DNA of 63,945 bases, the filler included, from Octopus bimaculoides (lineage: Eukaryota), in NCBI RefSeq assembly GCF_001194135.2. It is 5 parts of 5 records of this genome, joined end to end, with 100 filler letters (N's around TTAATTAATTAA, not from the genome) between each part and the next. Parts side by side here need not be neighbours in the genome. Positions count along the whole stretch, not along the records: positions 19,954 to 42,480 come from NC_068982.1; 4 more parts are not named here. The stretch is one strand, 5' to 3'. Every line of letters begins with the position of its first letter. Position 1 is the stretch's first letter. Below, piece by piece: positions 23,200 to 37,320 of the stretch. The notes below the pieces were generated by a model. That model saw nothing but the letters and a program-made list of their open reading frames with translations. It did not search any database and had not been told where the DNA came from. Position numbers and translations under genes: made by a program.

Positions 23200-23406
23200 T
23201 GTCATATACAAGGAAACTCTCTCTCAATAAACATCGTATATAGCGCAACAGTAACTACGAGTAAAACCCCATCTACTATATCTACATATATAGGATTTAT
23301 AGCAAATCGGTTGAAGACAGGATAAAACCAACAAATGCATACCTTTTGCAATTTAGATAGGGAAAATGATACGTCAATATCCAAACATATATGGACATTA
23401 AAATAG
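23200..23406 (+). mobile_element. Penelope-like element GIY-YIG endonuclease relic
   Basis: A single frame reads CHIQGNSLSINIVYSATVTTSKTPSTISTYIGFIANRLKTG*NQQMHTFCNLDRENDTSISKHIWTLK*, matching the PLE pattern CPL.G.C...IVY.A.V...YIG.T...FK.R...H..SF......T.LSKHIW.LK. Confidence 0.8.
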
Positions 23407-26400
23407 AGCCTCGCATTAAACAATTAATGTAGAAATTACTTATTTCCAGCCAAATCGCCATAAAAGATTTTCTAATATATCTACACAAATCTACATACAC
23501 TCACACACACATACACTCACACACACATACACTCACACACATACATCTATATAGCTCAAAATGTCTACCCTCACAAAACATAACGGTAAAACTTTCTTAC
23601 TACTAATCAAATTGCTTATAGAATAATGAACACCAAGAGAGAACCATACAGACCAACAAACTTTACATCTATCCACATCCTTTTGTGGATATCAAAGCAC
23701 AAATAAACAAATTTCTATTGCAACAACACCATGATACGCCTTCCAAAGGATAACCCCCATCTTCCAAAGAAAAAAAACAGTAAATATTTTAAATAAGACC
23801 GACAAGTAAAGAGACTTAGCAGTTAAAACTTACCACCTTCTTACAGTCATTTGTAAAACCTTAAAAAGCTCCTTTATAAGAAAGTTGACAGGTACTAAGT
23901 TTTTAAATGCTAGACTTTGTACCTTTGATCTTTACAAAGTAAAGGATTCAATCCAATAAAAAGTTAAAATATTTAAAACTATTGAGATATACTATACTTA
24001 CCTTCATAGTAAGGGTGAGTCACATAAATATGCATATATGCTTACAAAGTCTTGCATATATTCTAAACAATGACACAACCCGAAGTTTAATAGATAAAAA
24101 TTTTTTTCCAAAACACATTTCCATAACAACTCGTCTCAAATCTTAATGACTACTGCAAATCCAAGAGCCTCAGGACGATTGTAACTCAACAAAGACTATA
24201 TAAAACCAATATTGACTTCAATACATCGCAGTGCGACGGTGGCTTAACTGGCCGGAACTTGGAGATCACTATCAATAATATAGTTGCTTAAGAGTATGTA
24301 TGTATGTGTATGTATACACATTTATTTCTCTGTATGTGAGCATATATATGTGTATAACCCAGCACGTGGGTTCGGTATCACCTATAAATATGGAGACATA
24401 GTCTAACTGGAAAGGAGATTCCAGAACAGGATTGAATTATTCCCTGAACTGATTCCACCCTTGTGTGATTTCAATAAAGTCTCAGAGCATCCAAAGAGAA
24501 ACAATAGGGCTCATTCGTGAATGTGACCTTCATAAAAATGTCGTCACTGTAATCAACGATATTCTGAGCTATATTTGGTGGGATTTGTAACAGTGACAGA
24601 CAATACAAACCTGTCAGAGTATATCTGTGTCTGAGAATATCTTTCGGTGCATTGATACTCGGAATTTCATTGATAATATCGATTTATCCTATATATGAAT
24701 AAGACAGATTATCGATTGTACATCATATATGAATACGACTACTAATATAACATACCTCCTTAACACATGCTGCATTTGTACTAGACTTAATATTAATTGT
24801 ATCCTGCTACACTTCAAATGATATCTTAAATAAACCTGACATCAAACTCTCGATATGTTACAAAATAATTTATAAAAACTAATGTTTGCTTTTTGCAGTA
24901 TGTTTAACTATTTACGTAATTTGATACCTAAGAACAGATATAATATATATTTTTCTTAAGTGATTATATGTAAGTCAATTTTCTTTTCTAAAACTTGTGT
25001 GAATAACGAACACTAAGCATTTCAGGGAGGGTTAACATATTCAATATCATGTTAGAAATAGCAGCAAATGCCCTTCTTGCTATAAACTACTGCCGTAATT
25101 ATAGGAAATACTGGCTTATATAATTTCGTAGAAGCCACATATGAGAAAAATTCAAAACCATATGCTAGAATGCTTTCAAATTTAGTCTTTTCTGGGGCTA
25201 AGTAACGATAGTGACTAGTTTTTCCCTTCATTAAAGACGTAAGAGAGATTACATGTCCCATATTTAATGGTATGGAATTTAAGAATTCCGGAATACCTGG
25301 TAGGGAAATGTAAATAAAATTAGTACAAGTATAATCAACTTCATTATATTGACGTTTTGTGTAGATGCTCTATTTCTCTATAAATTATTGGCTGTATATG
25401 TATGAATCATTGAAATTCCGGATTTTTCAGAGCTACTAGATTCTATATGGATGTTAATTTTTTCTAATCGTTTTCTTGTCCCAGATGTATAAATAGAGAG
25501 ATACAAATTTCTGTGGATTGACATGTATAAAGTTGTGTGTATACTGTGCGCATCTGGCTTTAAATATTTGTTTCTCTTATATACTTAGTCTTCATAACAT
25601 ATGGGGTTGTTATATGTTATCTGTATACAAAATCATTTATCTTAAAGGGAACAGGACTTAGTTGTTGCAAATGAATCCATACGTTTGGACGAGGTATTTC
25701 AATTTTTATGATCGAGTTTGTGGTTGGATAATTCATGTAGGGAATTCATTAAGGAGTGGTAGCTAAACTTATCACCTCACCTAATCAGATGCTATACTAT
25801 CAAGGACAGGAAATTATAGGCTGTATTAAATTTTAAAGTTAAGATTTTGGAGATACGTTACCATGCGGTGTTTCATTTCATTATTTTACTGTGGAGCGTT
25901 TTAAGCTCCTATTAATTATTCTTTATACACTCCTCTTATCAATACATCATTATAATAGATTCTTTCTCGGTTTGATATTTTGTGGCGTGCGGGATTGGGG
26001 TGGTAAATATTTAATTTATATGTAATATATCTTTATTTTGTTTTATATACTGTTTTTGCTTTCCAGTCATTAAGTGTAATGCAATAATGCATAAGATATG
26101 GCTGATTCCAGTACCTGTGTTGATGGATATTCTTAAATTACACTCCTTAAATTTGTTTCTTAGAAACACCTCATGCTATGACCATTCATGTTCTTGGAAT
26201 ATTGTTAATCATTTCTGTATCAAATATCAGTACTAAAATGAAGTGATTATAAAACAGAGCCAATTTCATGACCTTCGTTATAATGGTGATTTATATAGTA
26301 ATCTTCATTACAATGATGACAAACATGTCTGTAATACCTACAAATTTTATTGAGTTTGATCTGAATGAGAATAACCTTCGAAATTGATCGGGAAGATTCC

Positions 26401-26661
26401 AATACCCCGAATTGGTGAAAATTTTAATTCCCCGAATTGGTGAAAATTCCAATACCCCGAATTGATGAACATGCAAGGTGAACAGGCAAGGCGTCCTTTT
26501 CAAGAGCTTACTATTAGAATTCTTAATGATAGTCTGGTGTTATTCCATTCAGAAACTTATGTAGTGTTCCAAATTGATGAACTGAGAATTTCTTAATTCT
26601 CTCATGACATTTACTAAACTGGAGTCAATTGTGACCTTGTGCGTGTGTGTGTGTGGAAGGA

Positions 26662-26712
<51 letters not shown>

Positions 26713-27049
26713 TGTGTGTGTGTGTGTGTCTGCACCCGATATATATTGCAAGCAGGAGAACAAACGACAAAAACAATACTAATGTTGAATTGGTGATAAA
26801 TATTACTTCTTTGTATAGTTACTACTTTCATTTCTTACAGAGATCTAATTAACTACACTGCTTGTTACAAAAGTAGTGACCGGTTGTCATTCACTTTTCT
26901 ATATATTGTGAGCTGGAGCTGATTACTGCCATCTATAGTGCTGGGACGTCTACCTCTGTGAATGAGCTAAAATAGATCTAAACCGTTCGATCTGGTGGTC
27001 TCGTCGTCTGCTAGAATCTCTGGGAGGGGTTCGCTTCCCTGTTGCCATA

Positions 27050-28260
27050 TATATCGAGTGCAGATTGCATCGATAAGCAGCTGGAGGAGGCATATTATTG
27101 CCTCCTTCAGTTTCCTCGGAAGCTTTGAAATAAAGTTGCAGCAGTTTTGCAAGGGCTTGTTTTCATGACTCGAGAAAGAACGCTACAAATTACATCGGAG
27201 CCAGCAGCTGAGTTTGCGTCTGCGTCATCTATTGCCAGTATTAATGCTTTTCTTTGATGCTGATGTAATTAAAAGTTACTGCTGCCACCCTTTCTACATT
27301 TGTAGTGGCAAAGAATTCTACAGGTTTGCCAACTTGCATGTGCCATAAAGATGGTGTGAAGACAATTCTTAATTGTTCATTCAGTGTTTCACTTACCCTA
27401 TCATATTTCCTGTGAGGGAAACATCTTTTTGGAGGAGTGACCCTACCTTGTAACGCATGGAGGCAGTTCTTTGGCATATTTAAAGAAGGCTTTAATGTTT
27501 GATTCTATATATATTTTATAAACCAGGCTTCGGCGACTTTTTTGTCTTTTTCCTGGGGTCATTTTTAGATGTTTCTCAATTCCCAGCAATGCTTTTTCCA
27601 GGCTGGATTTTTCACTGCTATTGAGTTCTGTATTGGCTGGATTTTTCACTGCTATTGAGTTCTGTATTGTAATCATTCTATGCCGTCTCATAAGAATTTT
27701 CTCTTTCTGGGAATCTTGTTTTATGTGCAGTGACCATTCTCTCCGGGACAAAATTGTAGCATATGTCTTGTATTATGGACATGAATGTTTTCAGTTTCAT
27801 GACATTCTTGGGTGTAGAGACACACCTGGGGCCAACCCTATTTGGTGATCTCTTGCTCTATTGAATTCCAGTTTTTGTGGTAGTTGAGATTGGATAGATT
27901 TTGGGTGCTTCTCGTAGGCTGCACGTCTGCAAATTCCTTTGATTCATACTTAGTCAGCTTTATTATGCTATGGTCCGAGACTAGTGTCGGTCTCACTTTC
28001 TTATTATGTATGCGATCCATATTGCTTGTAAAACAGAGATCAAGTATATTGTTTGTCCTAGTTAGTTGGAGTATTACTTGCTCCATGTATGACTTGTTGG
28101 TGTGGTTGTGCAAGGCTTCTACCTGGCTTTACTCACATTGAATCATTCCTGAGAGGAAATGGCCCTCTTACATTGGGCAAGTTGAAGTCTCCCATGGGAA
28201 GTACACTGATGTACTATTCTAGTTACGTTAATACTTCTATTCTTGCAAGACACACTTCGA
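27050..28260 (-). mobile_element. Decayed non-LTR retrotransposon (CR1/L2/Jockey-type ORF2: APE endonuclease to start of RT)
   Basis: In order on the minus strand, with frameshifts: MGDFNLPNV; LTRTNNILDLCFT...VSDH (APE motifs); NIKAFFKYAK; SETLNEQ..VFT; KLKEAIICLLQLL. Confidence 0.85.
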
Positions 28261-28320
28261 ATAGGCCCGTGTAATTCGAAGCATTTGATGCGTGATTAGT
28301 AGAACATATAATTGTATCGA

Positions 28321-28363
<43 letters not shown>

Positions 28364-28364
28364 C

Positions 28365-28414
<50 letters not shown>

Positions 28415-30065
28415 TCGTATGCACAGCCATTTATACAAATGTGCTGGGAATGTTTAATACTTGGCTACTCTTCGGAATGATTCATGGTAAATCAAAACAT
28501 CACATTTGTGTATGTGTTTGGGTATATGTACCTCACTGTGAGCATGAGAGTGAGCGTTGAGAGATAGAAAAACTATGCAGCTGGGTTGCGTCACTTCATG
28601 GCTGAAGCTTTTCTTCAGAGGAGCTTTAAAAGTCTCCAGTTATATTCATTAGTGAAGTTTAATCCCTTAAAGAAAAATTCCTCGAAATAACTTTATAGGG
28701 CTTTTTGGTATTTTATTTAGTCGCCTCATATTTATATATTTATAAATACGGTCTTTAATCTCAATCCATTATACAAAATGCATTGGGACTGCTACTGACT
28801 TGAAAATTTAATCCATTCTACTGTTCTTCGAACTTAAACCATTAGTTGATTAAACTTTTTACTCTTCTGTTGAGTGTATTTTTTCAACTCACGTTTGTCA
28901 AGTCGTTCGATTAAGTAGTTCAATGAATTCTGAGACACTAATAGCTTTTGAAAACAAGAAATATTCCTTTCTGTGCGCTGATTTGTGTTAAAGTTCAGAA
29001 ATTTATTAAAACTTTCATGATTTTCTCGAAAACTTGTGATGAAATATGTTTAATAAATAATTAAATATGTTTGTAATTTATTTCATTGTCGATTGAAAAC
29101 AATGTATAACCTCGGGGTTTATTCCTTGATACAAAACGAAAAATTAACAAACGTAGCCATTGATTTTTTTCTATTAGAATCGATACATCTGTAAAAAATG
29201 GTGTTTTTGTTTCCTTCAGCTTTTTAGTGTAAGAATACAAATTGCTTATATTCTAGCTCTTCCTATTTTCAAAATTTAAATATGTGTGGTATGCGTATGT
29301 ATATGTGTATGTGTGTGTATGTGTGTGTGTGTGTGTGTATGTGCGTGTGTGTGTGTGTGTGCGTGTGTGTGTGTGTTTGTTTGTAAAGGTGTAAAGTAAG
29401 AAGTTCTTTGTTGTTCTTGCTCTTCTTAAGGACCCCGCACAAGTATTTTAACGAAAGTTTCGATTAGAGGAAATGTATTTACTTTGTCGCATTCATACGT
29501 TAATACTCTCATAGCCTCACTATTCACGCAATACAGATATTGCAGAGGCTATAAACTAAATAGTTTTCGTGTCTTATGTACTCCGAACATTAAATTGGTT
29601 CTCAACCAGCAATTAAGAAAAAATATTGCTCACAATGATCATCAGCAAAAACATTTGGAACGGCTAATTTATTTCCAAATGCGAGAAATTAAGAACGGTA
29701 ATTTATTATTCTTTTTTATTTGAATGAGTTACCGGTTTATAGACAATGGACGGATTTACGCTGAAAAATTGCTTTGAAAGATTTAAAATTACTCCATTAA
29801 CTAGCGTTAAAGTAAGTATATCGATAAAATATGGAAAGCTATGAAAGTTAAAAAGAAAACTTATGTTAAAGATGAGTAACATGACTGTATCTAAATATCA
29901 AGTGTAATTTTCTTTCACATACCAATATATACATACATACATATCTATATATCTATATATATATATATGTTAAATCTCTGAATGCGGTATTAACAGTAAC
30001 TACACGACAAGGTGAAGTATATTTACCACTTAAATGCGGCTGACCCCTAAGGGATGTTACTGTTG

Positions 30066-30110
<45 letters not shown>

Positions 30111-32058
30111 GTGTGTGTGTGTGTATGTGTGCGCATATACTGATAGATTGATAGATATATCATATAATCATAAATTCATATGCGAGACATTTTTACTCTG
30201 GTTCAGACTCTATTTCGGTTGAAAATGAGCTAAATCAACTAGAGTATGATTTGAAATCAGAATTGCATACACAGTGAAGAGAGTTTGTGCCTTATGTGCG
30301 TATTATTCAAAATGATATAGAATGCTACCCCTTTCGTAAAAATACATTATACAGCATTAATGAATATATTTCCAATTTCAATTATGATATTTTGGAATGT
30401 TAAAAACTAAGTACGATATGCATTACGAATATAATAGAAAGTTGTAATAATCTGTTTACCATTATCCATTTATAATTAAATATATGGTATCTAAGGAAAT
30501 CTGTCTCTATATGTATTCTTCATGGTGTTTTAGGTTTACAAACTGCATGCTTCGAAAGGAGCTATTTTGTTTTCATTATGAATATCAGAATGGGACATTA
30601 ACGTCAGCTTCAATAGTATGGAAATAATACAAAATCATTGCAATATTTCCTTCCGTTTTCTTTTTGTTATAATATATCTTTAATGAAAATATTAAAAAAA
30701 AATGTATACTTCTATATTCTAATGAAAGGATGCATTAATGAATTATTTACATGTCGATCTATTGAACAACGTCTATCTTTTTCGATAAGTATTTAGTCTC
30801 ATGCATTCATATTTACATTAATATGCCATTGAAAGTTGACTTTACGTCTTATACAACTTATTAATTTACTGGTATCTCATACATCCACATAGAAATGAAT
30901 ACAAGGACTCTTAATTAAACTGTTCCTACCTCTCTTACGTTGACAACATGAGCAATAACATACCGAATTGAATATTTATATTTGTACTTGACTCTCATTC
31001 ACTTAACTTTTCCTCTTCTTTTTCCATCCGCAATGTCGCTTGTTCTTTCTTTCTTTCTTTCCCTTTTCGTCATCCACTCTTAAAATTAAATTATTCACTG
31101 CTACAGGTGCTACAAGACAAAGAGGTTCTGAGGTACACCCATTTTTTTTTTGTGAGGGGAGGTTATTCTAGTATAGTGTGTGTGGTAGCAATAGAACTTT
31201 TCCTAAGCCTTGTGAGTGCATTTGGCAGATGGAAACTAATAATGAGTACTTGGGTCGTTTGGTTTCACTAAAATTCTTCAGGCGATGCCCCAGGATTGCC
31301 ACATTCTTCTAACTGAAACAAGAAGAAAAATATAAAAAGATTTCATAATAAAATTAGTATCTGTGAATTGTGAATATTTGTATGAAATATTACGAGTAAT
31401 AGGAACGTGTACTATATACACAACAATTTTCAATAAAAAATGAGATAAACACTATCCTCTAATCATGTAACTACTGGAATTAATCTAATGAATAGCTTTT
31501 ATACACCGACATCTAATAATCAGGTTAAAAAGAAACACGTCTTCGCCCGATGTTCTGTACGATTGTCTATACTTGCTTTTGGAAATGCCTATGTATATAT
31601 AGCGGTGAACCTTAAATAATTTTAAATACAGTAAATATGAAAAGCACTTGCAGCTTCATGAATAGAAATAAATCTAATTAATGTCCTGTGGATGCTTCCT
31701 GATAAAGCGATTTAGTACAAATGTCACTTGGACCATTATATGGAAAGCACAACTGCATGAGGTTAGTAATAATATATATAATTTGCGTATGTCTGCGATT
31801 TTTGAAACAAATTAAGGAAAAATCAAATAGTCATCAATGAGATATTGCAATAAGACAACGTCCGCACATCTACTGTAATCCCTGTTACACAATATTGGAA
31901 ATTAACTTATTTAATTTAAACTGCATGCATGATTAGGAAGATTTTTGTTTGGCTTTTACTTTTCAACTTTTTCAATTTTGTTTCAATTGAGTTCATATTT
32001 GGTATGTTGAAGTAGTTTTGTATGCCAATTATTGAAATGCGATTATTTTTGCTATAGG

Positions 32059-32181
32059 CAGTGCTTTTCCCATGGTCAGCTCTATGGTGGTCGTTCCAGA
32101 TTTGGAAATGGAAACAATCTCCTCATACTCACACCAAACGGTAAGACCAAAAATATTGTTTATCCTGCTTCTTTACGGTGA
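32059..32181 (+). mobile_element. Helitron RepHel (PIF1-type helicase) C-terminal fragment
   Basis: Open frame QCFSHGQLYGGRSRFGNGNNLLILTPNGKTKNIVYPASLR*, matching the FSHGQLYVA.SR...GKTKNIVY terminus of animal Helitron helicases. Confidence 0.8.
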
Positions 32182-35100
32182 TCTCTAAATGTCACAGTGA
32201 TACAAAGTTCTTCAAACATGATAGTCTATGATATAAAGTTGAGATGGAAGAATACCAATCAGTGAATTATTACTATTTCCCTCTTTAGTTTTGGGCATCA
32301 AGCCCAATTATCCGTCTGTAGGAACTAGCTTAAAGGTTTGCATGAAGTACGGCTTTTAAGCTAGTCAACGATAAATTTTGAACCCGTTGTGTGAATTGTA
32401 GTGTCTTTATAATTTTCGAACATTTACAATGATATTTCTTTGTAGCTTGGATACAGTTGAAACAATCGCAGCCGGGGCTTCCAGTTCTGTCCGAACACTG
32501 TGCGAAAGACCTAACAATTAAAAAATTGGCAATTTATATGTCGATGTGTACCGCACACATGCTAACGATGACTGCATTTTGTGCTAAGAATTTGTTCGCC
32601 ATCGGTGATCTCAAAAAATAAAATAGAAGATACACAAACCCAAAACTTTTAATTGGCCCTATGAGAGCAATATACTGACAATGTGCTGTCCTTAGATACC
32701 ACTCCCACACAGAACACACACACGCACATATGTATATGTGTGTGCGTGTTTCTTTTGTGTGTGCGAGTGTGTGTGAATGTGTTTTATATTATATTCTTTT
32801 ATTCTAATCTGTTCAACCTTGTCCACTGTGGAGCAGCTGTTAAAATGGATTAATCGATCAAATCGACATCAGTATTTACATTTAATAGTTTCGTGCATAT
32901 AATCTCAATCACTTTGGTCGAACTAAGAAGACAGGGGTTTATAATACATAAACAAACTGCAAAACACTGTCACGTGGTGTGAGAAATACACAATTTGCAT
33001 CCCAATTTTCCTCCTGGACCACGCTTACGCAGTGTACATATTAGAAAATATATATGTATATACGCATGCGTGCATGTGTGTATGTGTGTATGTGTGTCTG
33101 TGTGCGCGAGTAATGTCTTTGCATGTATGCATGTATTATGTATTCATGTATGTGCGATTGCGCTTCGTTCTTATTTCCTTCACCGATGTGCATAACAGAA
33201 GCTTCACTTTATAATTATAATTCTTACACCAAGTCTTTATACAAGATGTACAATATTTGTGCTAATTTTCGTTTTTATAATTACATTTATTGTATATTAT
33301 TCCCATTTTATTTAGATTTTATGAGTATCTTATTCTAACGTGCGCGGTATCAAACACCATAATACACAAATCACTACTTTTACTTGACATCCTACATCGC
33401 GTGTACTTTTCCTTCAAATACTGTATCTATGAAATCAATATCTCATATAAACTGTCACTTTGTCTCGCAAACTTATCAACCATAATAACAAAATATCCTT
33501 TGTACTTTGTATGTCTTGTTCAACTAATTCATTGTTATGATACTAATAAAACTAGGCTGGTTTCAAATTTTGGCACAAAGCCAGCAAGTCCTTGGGAGGG
33601 TATAAGTCGATTACATCGATTCCAGTGTTCAAATAGTGCTTATTTATCGACCTCAAAAGGATGAAGGACTAAGTCAACCTCAGCAGAATCAGAAGGCAGA
33701 ATGGAAAGACGGACGAAACGCCGCAAAGCACTTTGTCCTCCGCTTTAACGACTGGTATCAGACTAATAACTAAAATCCATTTCGAGAACAATGTGTGTGG
33801 GTGTATATATATATATATATATACCGCCTAAATATATATATTTATGTATTTATATATATATATATATATANNNNNNNNNNNNNNNNNNNNNNNNNNNNNN
33901 NNNNNNNNNNNNNNNNNNNNNNNNNNNNNNNNNNNNNNNNNNNNNNNNNNNNNNNNNNNNNNNNNNNNNNNNNNNNNNNNNNNNNGCTCAATGGTCTAGG
34001 GGTTAGGGCAGCGGACACGCGGTTATAGTATCGCGGTTTCGATTCTCAGACCGGGCGTTGTGAGTGTCTATTGAACGGAAACACCTTAAAGCTCCACTTG
34101 CGCGTTAATTTCAGGAGCAGGCTGTTCTGTTCATTGGAACAACTGGAACCCTCGTCGTCGTAATTCTGCAGTAATATATATATGCGTGTGTGTGTGTGTG
34201 TGTGTGTGTACCAGTTATAAATGTTACCAGAGTTCTGAAATGGATGTCTTTTTCTCTGCTTTAACTCTTTGCTCTCTCAACTTTTGGCACCGTCAAAATG
34301 TCTGCATACATATATGCATTTCTTACAATACGTCTCTCAAATGTTACTTTGATCGTTTACGCCACATAGAGATATTATTATAGATTTTGCCTTTCGGGTC
34401 GAAAAATAATGTGCCACTGCAGTACGGGACTCGAGAGTGTCAATTAACCTCACTTGAAAAATTGATGCTCTGCTTTAATCAAAAACAATAGATAGCATTT
34501 AATGGTCATATATATTTCGGTGTACATGAGAAAATATTATCAATAAGTGTTTGGAGGATACTTTTCTCTGCATATCGGATGCGTCTGTTACAAGATAAAT
34601 AAATTATAGTTTTTGTATACCTCCAGATCAGTTGTGATTAAGCGCAAACTATTACCAAAGAAGACAGTTTTGCCAAGACTGTGTCGACGTTTTCTGCAGC
34701 ATATTGGTTAGCAATTTTAATGCCGCCTGGTGTGAACCAGCGTGCCTTGGTTACTATTTCTTGTAGGTCAAATGAGTACAAATATTTAGGCGGTATTTTA
34801 ATTCAATTTCAGGTAAATCTCAGTAAGATATTAAACAATAATGTAATACTGATTTGAGATAATTTATCACGTCATAAAAAATGTGATAAATAGAATATAC
34901 TTTTGATTAAAATAGCAATAATAATAACTTTCATCTTGCACAATCTCCTAAGTATGAAAGCTGGATTAATTCTATTATGAAATATTCATGAGAAACATAA
35001 ATAATTTTACATAGATTATACTTGAAAGTGCACTTTCTGTAAATGACATTTTCTTTGAAATGGCGAAGAATCAAATTTCTTTTCTTTCTCCATTATTTCT

Positions 35101-35399
35101 ATTTATGTTGGTTGACATTGGTAATCTATGGCCCACATCAAAGACAAGATTTATATTAATAGTGCAATTATTTAAGAATAAATCCAGTCATGTTCCTATT
35201 TGATGGGCTGCATGTCTTCTTCAGAAATCACTTGAGATTTACCACTAAGCAGATAATGTATTAAGACACAGAATAATAAGGTTCGGTGTGTAAGCATGCA
35301 GAACAGAAGTTAGAGTGAAATCCTTATAAACCGAGGTTTATTATTGCTTATAAAATATTTAGTCTCCTATTTTCTCATTATGCACAATCTATTTCGGTC

Positions 35400-37320
35400 G
35401 GAGAAGACTGGCTGCGAGGTTTAACTTTAGTGATTCTGGATTCTAGATTTTAACATGTTCTATAAATTCAGTCTCACACAGGACAGTTTTTATTTCACGA
35501 CAGGGAGAAGAGGTACTACATCAGTCATTTAGCGCTGCCTTCTATGCTATTGTTTATCATTGGGGTATTTAGATGATATTGTGCTTGAGGTATTGTCTTT
35601 CAACAAAGATGAGCCATCTCTGCATTTGTCCGTTATATGCCACTGATTCCTTCTGTTAAAGATGATACCATACGTTTCCAACTTTCTTTAAGCAATTATT
35701 TGAATCATCTCATTTTGCCTCCTAGCACGTCGTTCTTTTCTTCATTCAACTGTGAGTAATATAGTTTTCTGGTCTGGTATTTTCCTGACAGTTCGAATCA
35801 ATAGACGAAAGTATATAAGTATGGTTTACGCTAAAATTTGTCCGTCTATCCTGCATATAATTCTCCTTCACATTCCATTATAATCACTCATGTTATACTT
35901 CTTTTCTAAGAAGATGATGTCTATAAGCTATCCGGATTTCAAAACTGTATTAAAGCATTCAAGTACGCAGATCTGTAGCCTTATACAGCATAGAATCTGT
36001 CTAATACACCTTCAGTTACTGCTTTTCTCAGAACATGTTATTCATATACCCGTTCTCGCAGTCAACCAACAACTACACTTATATATTCCAGGCGGTGATG
36101 TATTTGCTCATCCATAGAGTCCTTCTGTGATTGTGACTACGTACATATTGGTTTTTGGATTTTCCAATATTTGTTCATGTACCGGGAGAGCTGGACCAGG
36201 TTCCTGAATTTTTTATGTGTGTTGTTTGTCTTTTGTTTTCTGATGCAAAGACCTAAATACATATAATCATATACATTAGCGAAAATATCGGTAACTGTCT
36301 GTGGTTTTAGTAAAGTTTAATTAACTGCCATTTCACTGTTCTTCACAAATGCTATTTTGACCGGCTCAAGTATAAAAACTAGCATGACAAACTGTGGATA
36401 TATGACTCAAAATATCTATTTCTATGACAACTTTTCAAAATGTTTGCTATTGCTATTATTCTTATTTAATGGTCATGTCCGTTGCTGACTTCTATAACAC
36501 ACACCGATCTTATTCTTTATGAGATATTATAATAGTGATACCATTTCCGAAGAATCATGAATTTTGAAAATAGCTTAAACTCATTAAAGACGGATACCTT
36601 TCCATTTCTATGAATTTGAAATATCGATTCTTCGTGTCAAGTGAAAAGATTTCAGTATGTCTATGATTCCAATTAAAAAAAAATCTAGACTTCATAAAAT
36701 CGTCGTAAAATAATTAATACGCACAATGCAAGTGCGCATATTCCATTAGTTCTCGTTCATTCCAATCAAGTCACTGTATTTTTAATATCATCTCGAAGTT
36801 CTTGATAATTAGTCTGGGTATATAACCAAATGTATCCCAGACGTCAACATGCAATCAATCTCCACAACTGCTCATAAATACCAAATATGCTTCTTTTTAT
36901 ATTTTTACAAGCAATCCGATTTGTGGAAGACTTGGTTGCTAATACCAGCAGAACCAGCGGCTAAGCATAGTTTCCATTCTTCGTTCGGCACACTACTTAT
37001 AATGATTTCAAGTTTCAAGATCCAGTCTCAGAACACCAGCAATAATACATGTAAGCAAAATTTAATTGCGAAAATTCGACAAACATGTGAGAACTGCAAT
37101 GAGGTCATAACTAAGTGCTACCTCAGTTGTATATCAAAAGAGATCTTGCAAATTATGTATATACTAGTCAGTGGCTCTTCATGATAAATTTGATCCACTG
37201 TTTGTTTCAAATGGCTCTTTAATACATACATTATTCCTTTGTGTTTTGGTTGATAAACCCCTTGACAATATTGATTAAATAAATATGTTATCAAACGATT
37301 GTTATCTTCACATTTCCGCA
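35400..37320 (-). mobile_element. Possible very old L1/Tx1-type LINE relic
   Basis: Minus frame near 36990 reads EEWKLCLAAGSAGISNQVFHK (cf. RT start AAG.SGI..E..K). A CPV*D*IYRTC*NL CCHC-like remnant lies near 35480, about 1.5 kb downstream, a spacing compatible with RT to zinc finger. Weak overall. Confidence 0.35.

Noticed and set aside
23826-24062. Possible upstream mucin (VWD) exons: GFTNDCKKV micro-frame and HIYVTHPYYEG before GTAAGT donors
   Set aside because: Both need weak AAG acceptors, nearby frames contain stops, and they lie across a join marker from exon A.
34640-34800. 54-codon minus-strand frame (…KARWFTPGGIKIANQYAAENVDTVL…), and a similar one at about 41650-41765 (ILNAYEAVKQKDMVLHIVGPLK…)
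   Set aside because: Coding-like but lack convincing acceptors and match no family I recognise. Frames of this length are expected by chance in 64 kb.
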